A stretch of DNA of 64,000 bases from Mycobacterium sp. Its GTDB lineage: Bacteria > Actinomycetota > Actinomycetes > Mycobacteriales > Mycobacteriaceae. Numbering within the stretch: position 1 is the first letter of the stretch; the number at the start of each line of letters is the position of its first letter. Shown piece by piece: positions 14,563 through 25,104 of this stretch. Location of the stretch: positions 627 to 64,626 of the forward strand of contig DATJQO010000016.1 in assembly GCA_035505695.1 (NCBI GenBank), in the 5' to 3' direction. Below the pieces are notes generated by a model that did not search any database, was not told where the DNA came from, and saw only the letters and a list, made by a program, of their open reading frames with translations. Both the position numbers and the translations under genes were made by a program.

Positions 14563-15595
14563 GAATCAGCCCGCTGGTGGGCACGCCGGTCCCAGAGGTG
14601 ACCAAGACGTGCTTGAAGTTGTCGACCTGGTTGTAGGACGTGCCGCGTATCTGGCGCACACCTTCGGTAATGCCGTTCATCCCATGGATGTACGCCTCGC
14701 CGAGCAGGCCGCCGTTGGTATTGATCGGCAGCTCCCCGCCCAGCGACAGCCGTTCCACGGTAGCGAAGTCCTTGGCTTCCCCGCGGCCGCAGAAACCGAG
14801 TTCTTCGAGTTGGGTGAAGAAGAATGGCGTGAAATGGTCATAGATGAAAACGGTTTGGATGTCCTGCGGCTCGAGGCCCGAGTCACGCCACAGCCGCGCG
14901 GCGACCACCCCCATCTCAGGCAGGCCGGTGATCTCCTCGCGGTAGTAACTGGTCATCATCTCGCCGTCGCGAGCCGCACCCTGGGCGGCGGCGGCGATCA
15001 CCGCCGGCGGCTGGCGCAGGTCCCTGGCGCGTTCCGCGCTGGTCACCACCAGCGCGACCCCGCCGTCACTTTCCTGGCAGCAATCCAGCAATCTCAGCAC
15101 GGGTGCGTCGATCCAGCGGGAATTCTGATGGTCTTGCAACGTGATCGGGCGCTGGTAGAACCAGGCATCGGGATTGCTGGCGGCGTGGGTGTGGTCGACG
15201 ACGGCGATCCGGCCGAAGTCCTCGTTGGTCACCCCATGGGTCGACATGTAACGCTGCGCGTGCAACGCGACCCACGCTGCGGGAGTGAGCAATCCGAACG
15301 GCGCATAATGCGCCATGAACGCCGGCAGCTTCTTGACCATCGCTTCGGGCCCCGCCCAGTCGGTGAGGAAACGCACGCAATACCCATTGGTGGTCAAGAT
15401 GTTGATGAACAGATTCGGCGACCCCTGCTTGTTGGCGTAGTCGCGGTCGTGGTGCACCGGCATGAAGTCCCGCGACGCGATCGCGCCCGCGACGATCATC
15501 GTGGTGGTGATCGGGATCTCGAGTGCGGTGACCTCGTCCCCGATTTCGATGTCGGCCCACTTCCGTGTCGTGGTGCGAGCCTTAGCGCTCGTCAT
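14546..15595 (-). pseudogene. in-frame fusion of a truncated MaoC-like hot-dog hydratase (first ~90 aa) to an N-terminally truncated SCP-x/Ltp-type thiolase
   Basis: Residues 1-90 (…VAGAIASRDFMPVHHDRDYANKQGSPNLFINILTTNGYCVRFLTDWAGPEAMVKKL) are a MaoC core that stops mid-domain. From residue 91 (PAFMAHYAPFGLLTPAAWVALHAQRYM…LLDCCQESDGGVALVV…NTNGGLLGEAYIHGMNG) the sequence is the distal two-thirds of a thiolase-like protein. The junction is near 15315-15330. Confidence 0.65.
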
Positions 15596-16011
15596 CGTTT
15601 CCCTTCCGTCGGCCGGAATTGTTGCAGCACAAGGTCTTCAGAGCCGGCTCCGTCGAACGTCTGGTAGCAGACCTCCACGGGCATGCCGACCGTGACATCG
15701 GCCGGGTCGATATCACACAGGTTCGAAACCAGCCGCACGCCTTCATCGAGCTGCACCAGTACGACGATGTAGGGATAGTCGAAGAACGGGAACCGGGGTT
15801 CCAGCGGCATCACGTAGCTGTACACCGTGCCGCGACCCGACGATTCGATCGCATCCCACTCCAGCGAACGACAGTTCGGGCACATGGGCCGAGGCGGCTG
15901 GCGCAACGCTGCGCATCCGGTGCAGCGCTGGATCAGGAGTTTGTGCTCGCGCAGCCCGCTCCAGAAGAATTCGGTGTCCGGGCCGATCGCCGGCGCCCGT
16001 CGGGTCGCCAT
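15592..16011 (-). CDS. DUF35 Zn-ribbon/OB-fold protein (thiolase partner)
   Basis: 139 aa. CTGCAALRQPPRPMCPNCRS forms a four-Cys ribbon, followed by an OB-fold region. ATGA overlaps occur at both ends, with the upstream hydratase at 16011 and the downstream fusion ORF at 15592-15595. Confidence 0.85.
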   Translation of the reverse strand: MATRRAPAIGPDTEFFWSGLREHKLLIQRCTGCAALRQPPRPMCPNCRSLEWDAIESSGRGTVYSYVMPLEPRFPFFDYPYIVVLVQLDEGVRLVSNLCDIDPADVTVGMPVEVCYQTFDGAGSEDLVLQQFRPTEGKR

Positions 16012-16558
16012 CAGCGTTCCGGCCTGAATCGCAGCACCCGGAATCGCTGCCGCCCCAACACCTCACCGTTCTGATCGATGTAGGTGATCACCCAGGTCAG
16101 AAAGTAGCCGGTCCCCAGCGCGGTCTTCTTTTCATCGGAGACGTCCTCGAACACCGACGTTGCGCTGATGACATCACCTAGCCGGGGATAGCGTTCGATT
16201 TCGAACTCCGAGTTGGTTGCCACCGTGCTGGTATACTCGGCCTCGTCGAGGAATGCCGTTGGATTGCCGTCGATTTCGACTGGCGCGCCGCCGCGTCCCT
16301 GATGCCCTCCAGTTTGGGTGGCGGCATCACCCAGGTCTGCAACATGACCGGCGGCGACACGATCCCACCGAACCGCGACGAAGCAGCGAACTCCGGATCC
16401 AGGTACACCGGGTTCATGTCGTCGAGCGCATGCGCCCAATGCCGAATCATCGGCTCGTTGACCGGATCCGGTGCTACCGAAGGCTTTCCGGTTCCGCCGG
16501 TGGGCTGGCCGATGAGCCCGCGAAGCTTGTCGCGAAGTGCCGTTTGCGAGTCGGTCAC
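16011..16558 (-). pseudogene. MaoC-like/FAS1-type dehydratase N-terminal-domain protein, frameshifted
   Basis: GTG at 16558 overlaps the P450 stop (GTGA). VTDSQTALRDKLRGLIGQPTGG...NEPMIRHWAHALDDMNPVYLDPEFAASSRFGGIVSPPVMLQTWVMPPPKLEG is in one frame. ...APVEIDGNPTAFLDEAEYTSTVATNSEFEIERYPRLGDVISATSVFEDVSDEKKTALGTGYFLTW... is in another. The shift is near 16290-16315. Confidence 0.7.
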
Positions 16559-17752
16559 TGAGTTGATCTCCAATCTCTTCCGGGCCTGAGCTGCACGGGT
16601 ATGCGCTTGACCCCGGGCACCATGGTGGCCCGCATCCGGTCCACCTCGCCGGCTAATTCCAAATTGGGAAAGCGACGCAGTAGCTCGTCGAACATGACCG
16701 AAGCCTCCAGGCGCGCCAACTGGGCACCGACACATGAATGCTCACCGCAGCCAAAAGCGATGTGCGGGTTGTGGCGGGTGACCTTGAACTCTTCAGAGTC
16801 GCAACCAAAGACGTCCTCGTCCCGGTTGGCCGACCCGTAAAGCATGACTAACGTGTCACCTTCGGCGATCAGCTGACCGCGTATCTCGACATCGGTCGTC
16901 GCGGTGCGGGCCATATGGACCACCGGGCTGTTCCAGCGCAACATCTCTTCGACGCCGTGCGGGATCAGCGACCGATCCTCGACCACCAGGCGGCATTGAT
17001 CGGGGTGAGCGATCAATGCCAAGGTGCCCAACGCAATCAAGTTGCGAGTGGTTTCGTTGCCGGCAACCAGCAGCAGAAAGGCGAAATTGAGCAGGTCTTC
17101 ATCGGTGAGGCGATCTCCGTCGATCTCCGCGCCGGCCGGCACAGACAGCAAATCGTCGCTCGCATCGTTGCGTTTGGCGGCGATCAGCTTTCGGAAGTAC
17201 TCGTAGAGCTCGCCGATGGCCACGAAGGGGTCCAGTTCGATCTCCGGGTCCGCGGTTCCGGTGGCCGCGTGCGACCAGGCCCGGAACTGCTCCCAGTCGT
17301 CCGGCGGCGCACCGATCAGCTCGGCGATCATTCGGGTGGGCAGCGGAGCGGCAATCTCTTCGGCGAACTCGTGGACGGAGTCCGCTGCTATGCCGTCCAG
17401 GATGACCCGAACGACCTGGCGGATCTTGGGCTCGAGCACGGCCACTCGTCGCCGGGTAAACCCCGAGTTCATCAGCTTGCGCAGCTGCCGGTGCCGCGGC
17501 GGGTCGGTGAAGATGAGGCTGCCTTGCTGCACCGGGTTCGGCATCCCCGGGTCGGGGATATTGACGCCCCTTGGTGGAGGTGAAAATGGCCGGATTACTG
17601 GACACGAAGCGGATGTCCTCGTACTTCAGCAGCGCCCAGAAGCCGGTGACGTCGTTCCAGCACACCGGAGATGCGGCGCGCAGCTCTCGGTAAGCCGGGT
17701 AGGGATCACCCGCGTAAAAGTCCGGGGAATGCAGTGGAAAAGTGGTCTGCAC
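16555..17752 (-). pseudogene. cytochrome P450, single frameshift
   Basis: The N-terminus MQTTFPLHSPDFYAGDPYPAYRELRAASPVCWNDVTGFWALLKYEDIRFVSSNPAIFTSTKG continues in another frame as VNIPDPGMPNPVQQGSLIFTDPPRHRQLRKL... . This frame contains AGNETT and the heme loop FGCGEHSCVGAQLA. The shift is in a C4/G4 run at 17566-17569. Confidence 0.85.
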
Positions 17753-17938
17753 GGCAAGCCTCCCTCAACGGACCGGGCCGGGCCGCGATCGGACACACTG
17801 CCCTGATGTGTCGGTGCCGTTGTGTCTACTCCCGGCCGGCTATCCCTGTCAATACACCGGTAACGCGATGAAGTAGTTCAGGATTCACCAGTTTGGTGAT
17901 TGACGGCCGAGGCGCACGGGTGAACACTGACTTTCTAG

Positions 17939-19435
17939 GTGACCGACGTTCGGGTGAGGAAGCAGATGGCCGAGCTACAAGCCCCGGTTCCCCTTGTCGA
18001 CACTTACCAGCTCTACATCGACGGCCGATGGGTTGAACCGGAGGACGGCCGCTACGACGACATCGACCCGGCCACCGAGCAGATCATCGCCGCCGCGCCG
18101 GGCGCGAGCGTCGCGCAGGTCAGTGCGGCGATCGCCGCCGCGCGTCGCGCCTTCGACAGTGGGCCGTGGGGGACCACGAGCCCGCAGGACCGGGCCGGCT
18201 GCGTCAATCAGCTCGGCGAAGCCCTGAACAAGCACGCCGACGAATTCTTCGCGCTGTCGCAGACGGAGTGGGGCTGCGTTTCGAATGAACGCACGATGCA
18301 AATCGACGGTGCCGGATACATGTCCATGCATGCCGCCCAGCTCGCCACGAAGTTGACGGACGAGCCGGTCACTGGAGTCGGCGCCGGGACGACGTTGCTG
18401 CGACGCGAGCCGCTTGGTGTCGTGTCGATTCTGACGCCGTGGAACTTCCCGCACTGCCTCAACGTCATGAAGGTGAACAACGCGCTGGCTGCAGGGAATA
18501 CCGTCGTGCTCAAGCCGTCGCCGCTGACACCGCTGGCCGGGCTGGCGCTCGCCCGCGTCATCGACGAGGAGACCGATATTCCGCCCGGCGTCGTCAATGT
18601 GGTCACGCCATCGAGCATCGAGGCCGCCAAGCTACTCACCACCGATCCGCGCATCGACATGGTCAGCTTCACCGCCAGCTCGGCCGTCGGCTGCGAGGTG
18701 ATGCGGGCCGCGGGCGATGCCATGAAGCGGCTCTTGCTGGAGTGCGGCGGGAAGTCGGCAAGCATCGTCCTCGACGATGCGCAACTTACCGACGACATGC
18801 TGCAGCAGATGCTGTTCAATTGCTGCTCACTACATGCCGGTCAGGCGTGCATCTTGCACAGCCGGCTGCTGCTTCCCGATTCGTTGCACGACAAGGTCGT
18901 CGACCGGATCGTCGCGTTGGCCCGTGAGATCAAGGTTGGCGGCCCCAAAGACCCTGCCGCGCAAATGGGTCCGCTGATCAGCGCGGCACAGCGCGAGCGT
19001 GTGCAGGCGCATGTGGACGGCGCGGTCAACGACGGAGCGAAGCTGGTGACCGGCGGCGGCCGTCCGGCCGGCTTGGATGCCGGGTTCTACTTCGAACCGA
19101 CCATTCTCACCGACGTCGACCCCGACTCGACGATCGCGCAGGAGGAAGTGTTCGGCCCGGTGCTGTCGGTGCTGCGCTACCACGACGACAACGATGCGGT
19201 AGCGATCGCGAACAACTCGCGCTACGGACTCTCCGGTGCCGTGTGGGGTGCCGACGTGGACCGCGCCGTCGGGGTCGCCCGGCGCATCCGCACCGGCCAG
19301 GTCGCCATCAACGGGGTCGGACCGGGGGATGCGCCGTTCGGAGGCTTCAAGTTGAGCGGGTTCGGCCGGGAGAGCGGCGGAATTGGCGCACTACACCAGT
19401 ACATGGAGGTGCAGGCCATCGGCGTGCCCGCGTAA
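17939..19435 (+). CDS. NAD(P)-dependent aldehyde dehydrogenase
   Basis: 498 aa. Motifs are the catalytic Cys in LLLECGGKSA, the Glu motif EEVFGPV, and GFKLSGFGRE near the C-terminus. Confidence 0.92.
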   Translation: MTDVRVRKQMAELQAPVPLVDTYQLYIDGRWVEPEDGRYDDIDPATEQIIAAAPGASVAQVSAAIAAARRAFDSGPWGTTSPQDRAGCVNQLGEALNKHADEFFALSQTEWGCVSNERTMQIDGAGYMSMHAAQLATKLTDEPVTGVGAGTTLLRREPLGVVSILTPWNFPHCLNVMKVNNALAAGNTVVLKPSPLTPLAGLALARVIDEETDIPPGVVNVVTPSSIEAAKLLTTDPRIDMVSFTASSAVGCEVMRAAGDAMKRLLLECGGKSASIVLDDAQLTDDMLQQMLFNCCSLHAGQACILHSRLLLPDSLHDKVVDRIVALAREIKVGGPKDPAAQMGPLISAAQRERVQAHVDGAVNDGAKLVTGGGRPAGLDAGFYFEPTILTDVDPDSTIAQEEVFGPVLSVLRYHDDNDAVAIANNSRYGLSGAVWGADVDRAVGVARRIRTGQVAINGVGPGDAPFGGFKLSGFGRESGGIGALHQYMEVQAIGVPA

Positions 19436-19489
19436 GGCGCGCCCCGTGAGCCTGTTGTAAGCGGGCCGTCACATGACAGGCTGCTCGAC

Positions 19490-20398
19490 ATGGTCATCGA
19501 GATCGCCCGCCCCAAACTCGAAGGCAACGTCGCAGTCGGCGAAGACCGCCAGATCGGCTTCGCCGAGTTCGGCGACCCGCAGGGCCGGGCGTTTTTCTGG
19601 CTGCATGGCACCCCCGGCGCCCGGCGCCAGATTCCCACCGAAGCCCGCCTGTACGCGGAAAACCACAAGATCCGGCTGATCGGCCTGGACCGCCCCGGTA
19701 TCGGCTCGTCGACACCCCATCGCTACGAGAACATCCGGGCGTTCGGTGACGACTTGCGCACCATCGCGGACACGCTGGGCATCGACAAGATGGCCGTCAT
19801 CGGGCTGTCCGGCGGCGGTCCGTACGCGCTCGCGTCCGCCGCGGTGTTGCCGGATCGGGTGGTGGCGGCCGGCGTACTCGGTGGCGTCGCCCCCTTCCTC
19901 GGCGAGGAAGGAATCACCAGCGGTCTGATGAACCTCGGCAAGCGGGCGGCGCCACTGCTGCGGCTGGGTGGCGACCCGCTGCGGATCGGCGCGAGCTTGG
20001 TGATCCGGATGATTCGTCCGGTCGCGAACCCCGCGCTGTATCTGTATGCCGCGGTATCGCCGGAAGCCGACCGGCGCCTGCTGACCCGGCCCGAGTTCGC
20101 CGCCATGTTCCTCGACGACCTGCTCAACGGCAGCCGCAAGCAACTCGCTGCCCCGTTCAATGACATCATCCTGTTCACCCAGGACTGGGGATTCCGGCTG
20201 GACGAAGTCAAAGTCCCGGTGCGGTGGTGGCACGGGGACAGCGACCACATCGTTCCGTTTGAACACGGTGAGCACGTCGTGTCCTTGCTGCCCGACGGCG
20301 AGCTGTTGGTGCTGCCCGGCGAAAGCCACCTCGCCGGACTGGGCCGCGGCGAGGAGATCCTGTCCACCCTGATGAAGATTTGGGACGAACGAGACTGA
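19490..20398 (+). CDS. alpha/beta-fold hydrolase (Rv1191-like by position)
   Basis: 302 aa. The HGTPG oxyanion region and the nucleophile elbow GLSGGG are present. Its position immediately upstream of fadD36 matches the remembered H37Rv order. Confidence 0.88.
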   Translation: MVIEIARPKLEGNVAVGEDRQIGFAEFGDPQGRAFFWLHGTPGARRQIPTEARLYAENHKIRLIGLDRPGIGSSTPHRYENIRAFGDDLRTIADTLGIDKMAVIGLSGGGPYALASAAVLPDRVVAAGVLGGVAPFLGEEGITSGLMNLGKRAAPLLRLGGDPLRIGASLVIRMIRPVANPALYLYAAVSPEADRRLLTRPEFAAMFLDDLLNGSRKQLAAPFNDIILFTQDWGFRLDEVKVPVRWWHGDSDHIVPFEHGEHVVSLLPDGELLVLPGESHLAGLGRGEEILSTLMKIWDERD

Positions 20399-20425
20399 CG
20401 CGCAGCGGCCGGTTAGCCTGCTGAC

Positions 20426-21847
20426 GTGTTGCTGACATCCTTGAATCCTTCGGCGGTTAACGCCACCGATATCTCCGATGCGGTACGCATCGACGGCGCT
20501 GTGCTGAGCCGCAGCGACTTGGTGGGTGCGGCAACCTCGGTCGCCGAGCGAGTCGCCGGCGCGCAGCGGGTTGCGGTCATGGCGACGCCGACCGCGTCGA
20601 CCGTGCTGGCGGTCACCGGCTGCCTGATCTCGGGCGTGCCGTTCGTGCCGGTGCCCGCCGACGTCGGTGCGGCCGAACGCCGCCACATGATCACCGACTC
20701 CGGGGTGCAAGCCTGGCTCGGCCCGGTACCCGACGAGCCAGAAGGGTTGCCGCACATACCCGTTCGACTGCACGCCCGGTCCTGGCACCGCTATCCCGAG
20801 CCGTCGCCGGACGCCACCGCGATGATCATCTACACCTCGGGCACCACCGGACTGCCCAAGGGTGTGGTGCTGAGCCGGCGGGCGATCGCGGCTGACCTGG
20901 ACGCACTGGCGCAAGCCTGGCAGTGGACGGCCGACGACGTGCTGGTGCATGGACTGCCGCTGTTTCACGTCCACGGGCTGGTGCTGGGCCTACTCGGCTC
21001 GTTGCGGATCGGGAATCGCTTCGTGCACACCGGAAAACCGACACCGGCCGGGTACGCCCAGGCCTGCTCGGAATCGGGGGGCTCGCTGTTCTTCGCGGTT
21101 CCCACCGTGTGGTCGCGGATCGTGGCGGACTCCTCGGCCGCCGAGGCGCTGCGGGCAGCGCGGCTGCTGGTGTCCGGGAGCGCGCCACTGCCGGTGCCGG
21201 TGTTCGACCGGCTCGCCGAGCTGACCGGGCATCAGCCCATCGAACGGTATGGCGCCTCGGAGTCGCTGATCACCCTCTCCACCCGGGCCGATGGCGAGCG
21301 GCGCGCGGGCTGGGTGGGACTGCCACTGGCCGGCGTGCAGACCAGGGTGCTCGACGACAATGACAATCCCATTCCGCATGACGGGGAAACCGTTGGCAGA
21401 CTTCAGGTTCGGGGTCCGATGATGTTCGACGGCTACCTGAATCGGCCGGAGGCCACGGCCGAAGCGTTCGCCGCCGACGGCTGGTATCGCACCGGCGACG
21501 TCGCGGTGATCGACGGCGGCGGCATGCACCGCATTGTGGGACGCGAATCGGTCGACCTGATCAAGTCCGGCGGCTACCGTATCGGGGCCGGCGAAATCGA
21601 GACGTCACTGCTCGGCCACCCCGGCGTGCAGGAGGCGGCGGTCATCGGGCTGCCCGACGACGACTTGGGTCAGCGCATCGTCGCGTTCGTCGTCGGCTCG
21701 TCCGGCCTGAACGCCGATGAGCTGATCAACCATGTCGCTCATGAGCTTTCGATACACAAGCGACCGCGTGAGGTGCGGATCGTCGACGCGCTGCCCCGCA
21801 ACGCGATGGGCAAGGTGCTCAAGAAGCAGCTGCTAGCCGACGGCTGA
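20426..21847 (+). CDS. fadD36: acyl-CoA synthetase / AMP-dependent ligase
   Basis: 473 aa. The AMP-binding motifs YTSGTTGLPKGV and YRTGD are present. Length and position agree with Rv1193 as I recall it. Confidence 0.8.
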   Translation: MLLTSLNPSAVNATDISDAVRIDGAVLSRSDLVGAATSVAERVAGAQRVAVMATPTASTVLAVTGCLISGVPFVPVPADVGAAERRHMITDSGVQAWLGPVPDEPEGLPHIPVRLHARSWHRYPEPSPDATAMIIYTSGTTGLPKGVVLSRRAIAADLDALAQAWQWTADDVLVHGLPLFHVHGLVLGLLGSLRIGNRFVHTGKPTPAGYAQACSESGGSLFFAVPTVWSRIVADSSAAEALRAARLLVSGSAPLPVPVFDRLAELTGHQPIERYGASESLITLSTRADGERRAGWVGLPLAGVQTRVLDDNDNPIPHDGETVGRLQVRGPMMFDGYLNRPEATAEAFAADGWYRTGDVAVIDGGGMHRIVGRESVDLIKSGGYRIGAGEIETSLLGHPGVQEAAVIGLPDDDLGQRIVAFVVGSSGLNADELINHVAHELSIHKRPREVRIVDALPRNAMGKVLKKQLLADG

Positions 21848-21914
21848 GCCGCGGCCCAGCTCGCGCGGTAAAACACAGACCGGCTTTAAGACCCGGCAGT
21901 AACGCCCACCCCGA

Positions 21915-22337
21915 CTAGGACTCGGCAGGCGCTTGCTGAGCGGCTTCATCCTTGATCTTGGGAACCATCTCCGGCGCGTACACGAAGACCGCGGACTCGA
22001 CCTCCCACTCAGCCTGCTTCGCGTCCATCGACGTCGTATCGGTAAGCAACGTCATCAGAGATTTGGCCCTGGCCATTGGATCGGCTGCCGTACGTACTTG
22101 ATTGGCCAACCACCGACCCTCGGTGGTCAGGCGGCAGTCGTTGAAATCGGCCGTGTGGATCATGTTGTTCTGACCCAGCAAGTGGATGTATTGCTCGTCT
22201 TCGGCTGTCAAGTTGCAGTTCGCCGATGCCGGTGGTGCCGCCAGCACGACTTGGCCCAGCATTGCGGCCATCAGTGCACCGCCGGCTACCCACACCGACC
22301 AGCCAGGCCGGTGCACGCTCGAACGTTCAGTTGCCAT
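21915..22337 (-). CDS. DUF732-type secreted protein
   Basis: I take the start at the internal ATG (22337). The protein has a signal-like N-terminus (WVAGGALMAAMLGQVVLAAPPASA) and a mature domain with Cys...Cys and the DEQYIHLL motif typical of mycobacterial DUF732. Confidence 0.7.
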   Translation of the reverse strand: MATERSSVHRPGWSVWVAGGALMAAMLGQVVLAAPPASANCNLTAEDEQYIHLLGQNNMIHTADFNDCRLTTEGRWLANQVRTAADPMARAKSLMTLLTDTTSMDAKQAEWEVESAVFVYAPEMVPKIKDEAAQQAPAES

Positions 22338-22763
22338 CCGCAGCCCCCTTTGCGTGGAATCTTGCTGCTTTCCAGAGCGCCAAACATAGATACCGCAAAC
22401 GGCCAGTGCCCGAATAGGCGAGCGCCGCAAACAACGAGTTAACAACGAGTACTCCAAGCTCGGCAACCGGTCGGCGGCCTCGGCCTTTCTCTACCGCATA
22501 GGCAGGGCCCGACCAGACAGCCGAGTTCGATCCTGCCAACGTCTGCCCCGCGCCCAACCTCTGATGACTATCGCGCTGTGCCTGCGCGGGATCTATGCCG
22601 ATGACGCCCTTGCGACGACCCGACATCCCCGCCAATGGCTGAGCATCCGGCAGCCCTCATCTGGACACGCAGGATGTTGCCAGCTGTCCCGTCCAGCGAG
22701 ACCGCGAACCTTCACCTACCGTCGTAACCGTGTATCGATGCAGCCGGACAGCCAGCGGCCTCC

Positions 22764-24113
22764 ATGAGTGAGCCGAATCGGTCAGTGGGCACCGCTGTCA
22801 CGATTGCCGCCGAAACGCCGTCAACTCCCATCGGGCGGATAGCGGCCGCCTGTGTTGTCGGCTCGGCAATCGAGTTCTACGACTTCCTCATCTACGGCAC
22901 CGCGGCCGCGCTGGTGTTTCCCACCGTCTTCTTCCCGCACCTCGGCCCCACGGTGGCCATGATCGCCTCGATGGGCACATTCGCGACGGCGTTCCTGTCG
23001 CGGCCGTTGGGCGCGGCCGTGTTCGGCCACTTCGGGGATCGGTTGGGCCGCAAGAAGACCCTCATCGCCACGCTGCTGATCATGGCTTTGTCCACCGTAA
23101 CCGTCGGACTGGTGCCCAGCACGGCTGCCATCGGTGTGGCGGCCCCCTTGATTCTGGTCGCCCTGCGGCTACTGCAGGGATTCGCCGTGGGCGGCGAGTG
23201 GGCAGGGTCGGCCTTGCTCAGCGCCGAATACGCGCCCGCCGGCAAACGCGGACGTTATGGCATGTTCACCCTGCTCGGTGGCGGCACTGCGGCGCTGCTG
23301 AGCAGCCTCACCTTTCTCGGGGTGAACTTCACCATCGGCGAAAAAAGCCCCGCGTTCATGCAGTGGGGATGGCGAATCCCGTTCCTGATCAGCGCCGGGC
23401 TCATCGCGATCGCCTTCTACGTACGGCTCAACATCAACGAAACCCCGGTTTTCGCCGAGGAGAAGGCCCGCAACCTTGTTCCCAAAGCGCCGATCGCCGA
23501 GGTGCTGCAGCTGCAACGCCGGGAGATCGGGTTGGCCGCCGGAAGCATGCTGGCCGGCTTTGGCCTGGCTTATATGGGCAACACCTATCTGACCATGTAC
23601 GCCCACTCGCACCTGGGTTATTCGCGCAACTTCATCTGGTCGGTCGGTGCGCTGGGCGGGTTGGCGAGCATCTCGTGCGTCGCGCTCTCGGCCACGCTGT
23701 GTGATCGAGTGGGCCGCCGCCGCATGATGCTGGTTGGGTGGGCTGCCTGCCTGCCCTGGTCGTTGGTCATGCTGCCGTTGATGAACACCGGCAAACCGGC
23801 TTTGTACGCGGTCGCCATCGTCGGCATGTTCGCCCTGGTCGCGATCGGCTCTGGACCCACCGGAGCGTTCATTCCCGAGTTGTTCGCCACCCGCTATCGC
23901 TACAGCGGAGCGGCGCTGGCGCAGAATCTCGCCGGCGTGGTCGGTGGCGCTCTGCCGCCGCTGATCGCCGGGACGCTGGTGGCGACCTACGGCAGTTGGG
24001 CGATCGGCGTGATGCTGGCCACCTTGGTGATGGCCAGCCTGGTGTGCACGCTGTTGCTCCCGGAAACCAACGGGACGGCATTGGGTTCGGGTCTGGACAT
24101 CGTGCGCCGCTAG
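22764..24113 (+). CDS. MFS metabolite:H+ symporter family transporter (Rv1200-like)
   Basis: 449 aa with about 12 TM segments. Motifs are [24 protein letters not shown] and EYAPAGKRG, which are typical of the MHS subfamily. Confidence 0.9.
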   Translation: MSEPNRSVGTAVTIAAETPSTPIGRIAAACVVGSAIEFYDFLIYGTAAALVFPTVFFPHLGPTVAMIASMGTFATAFLSRPLGAAVFGHFGDRLGRKKTLIATLLIMALSTVTVGLVPSTAAIGVAAPLILVALRLLQGFAVGGEWAGSALLSAEYAPAGKRGRYGMFTLLGGGTAALLSSLTFLGVNFTIGEKSPAFMQWGWRIPFLISAGLIAIAFYVRLNINETPVFAEEKARNLVPKAPIAEVLQLQRREIGLAAGSMLAGFGLAYMGNTYLTMYAHSHLGYSRNFIWSVGALGGLASISCVALSATLCDRVGRRRMMLVGWAACLPWSLVMLPLMNTGKPALYAVAIVGMFALVAIGSGPTGAFIPELFATRYRYSGAALAQNLAGVVGGALPPLIAGTLVATYGSWAIGVMLATLVMASLVCTLLLPETNGTALGSGLDIVRR

Positions 24114-24114
24114 C

Positions 24115-25059
24115 TCAGTTGGCGTGCAGGTCCTCGTTGAGGGCGATGCCCTGACCGTCACGGGCCACCACTTCAACGGCCCCGGTGACCGAATTGCGGC
24201 GGAACAACAGGTTGTTGGCGCCGGAGAGCTCACGCGCCTTGACCACCTTGCCTTCTGCTGTGCTGACTTTGGTGCCCGCGGTGACATACAAGCCCGCTTC
24301 GACGACGCAGTCGTCGCCCAGCGAGATCCCGAGTCCCGCGTTCGCGCCGAGCAGACACCGCTTGCCGATGGAAATCACTTCGGTGCCCCCGCCGGACAGC
24401 GTGCCCATGATCGACGCTCCGCCACCGACATCCGACCCGTCGCCCACCACCACACCGGCGGAGATGCGGCCCTCCACCATGGAGGCGCCCAAGGTGCCGG
24501 CGTTGTAGTTGACGAACCCCTCGTGCATCACCGTCGTGCCCGGCGCCAAGTGGGCGCCCAGCCGCACCCGATCGGCATCGGCGATGCGCACCCCGGTGGG
24601 CAGGACGTAGTCGACCATCCGCGGGAACTTGTCGACGCTGTAGACCGTCACCGGCCCGTGCCGGCGCAGCCGCGCCCGGACCGCCTCGAAACCGTCGACC
24701 GCGCACGGGCCGCGATTGGTCCACACCACATTGGTCAACACTCCAAACAAGCCGCCGGCGTTCAGCCCGTGCGGCGCCACCAGCCGGTGCGACAGCAGAT
24801 GCAACCGCAGGTAGGCGTCGTAGGCGTCGGCGGCCGCGTCGTCGAGCGAGCCGATCACCGTGCGTACGGCGATGGTCTCGGTGCCCCGGTCGTCGTCCCG
24901 GCCGACGAGCCCGACCAGCTCCGGGGGAACATCCGACAGCGCGAGCCGCGACGTGGCGCTGACGCCCGGCTCGGTCAGTTCCGGTGCCGGAAACCACGTG
25001 TCGAGAATCGATCCGTCGGAGGCCAGTGTCGCCAGCCCGATACCTGCAGCTCCAGTCAC
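24115..25059 (-). CDS. dapD: 2,3,4,5-tetrahydropyridine-2,6-dicarboxylate N-succinyltransferase
   Basis: Starting at GTG (25059) gives 314 aa: [32 protein letters not shown]...[13 protein letters not shown]. This is nearly colinear with M. tuberculosis DapD as I remember it and contains hexapeptide repeats. The listed 614-aa ORF is upstream read-through. Confidence 0.93.
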   Translation of the reverse strand: MTGAAGIGLATLASDGSILDTWFPAPELTEPGVSATSRLALSDVPPELVGLVGRDDDRGTETIAVRTVIGSLDDAAADAYDAYLRLHLLSHRLVAPHGLNAGGLFGVLTNVVWTNRGPCAVDGFEAVRARLRRHGPVTVYSVDKFPRMVDYVLPTGVRIADADRVRLGAHLAPGTTVMHEGFVNYNAGTLGASMVEGRISAGVVVGDGSDVGGGASIMGTLSGGGTEVISIGKRCLLGANAGLGISLGDDCVVEAGLYVTAGTKVSTAEGKVVKARELSGANNLLFRRNSVTGAVEVVARDGQGIALNEDLHAN

Positions 25060-25104
25060 GGCGGTCAGGTTACTTGCTGCTCGGCAGCGGATAACCTGGG
25101 ACCC

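Noticed and set aside
19469-20974. 501-aa minus-strand ORF
   Set aside because: It is antisense to the well-supported hydrolase and fadD36 genes. Its composition is extremely Arg/Gly/His-rich with no motifs.
22515-22545. tRNA-like T-loop string gagttcgatcc in the DUF732/MFS intergenic region
   Set aside because: I could not build flanking T-stem, acceptor or anticodon arms. It is an isolated match to GTTCGATCC only.
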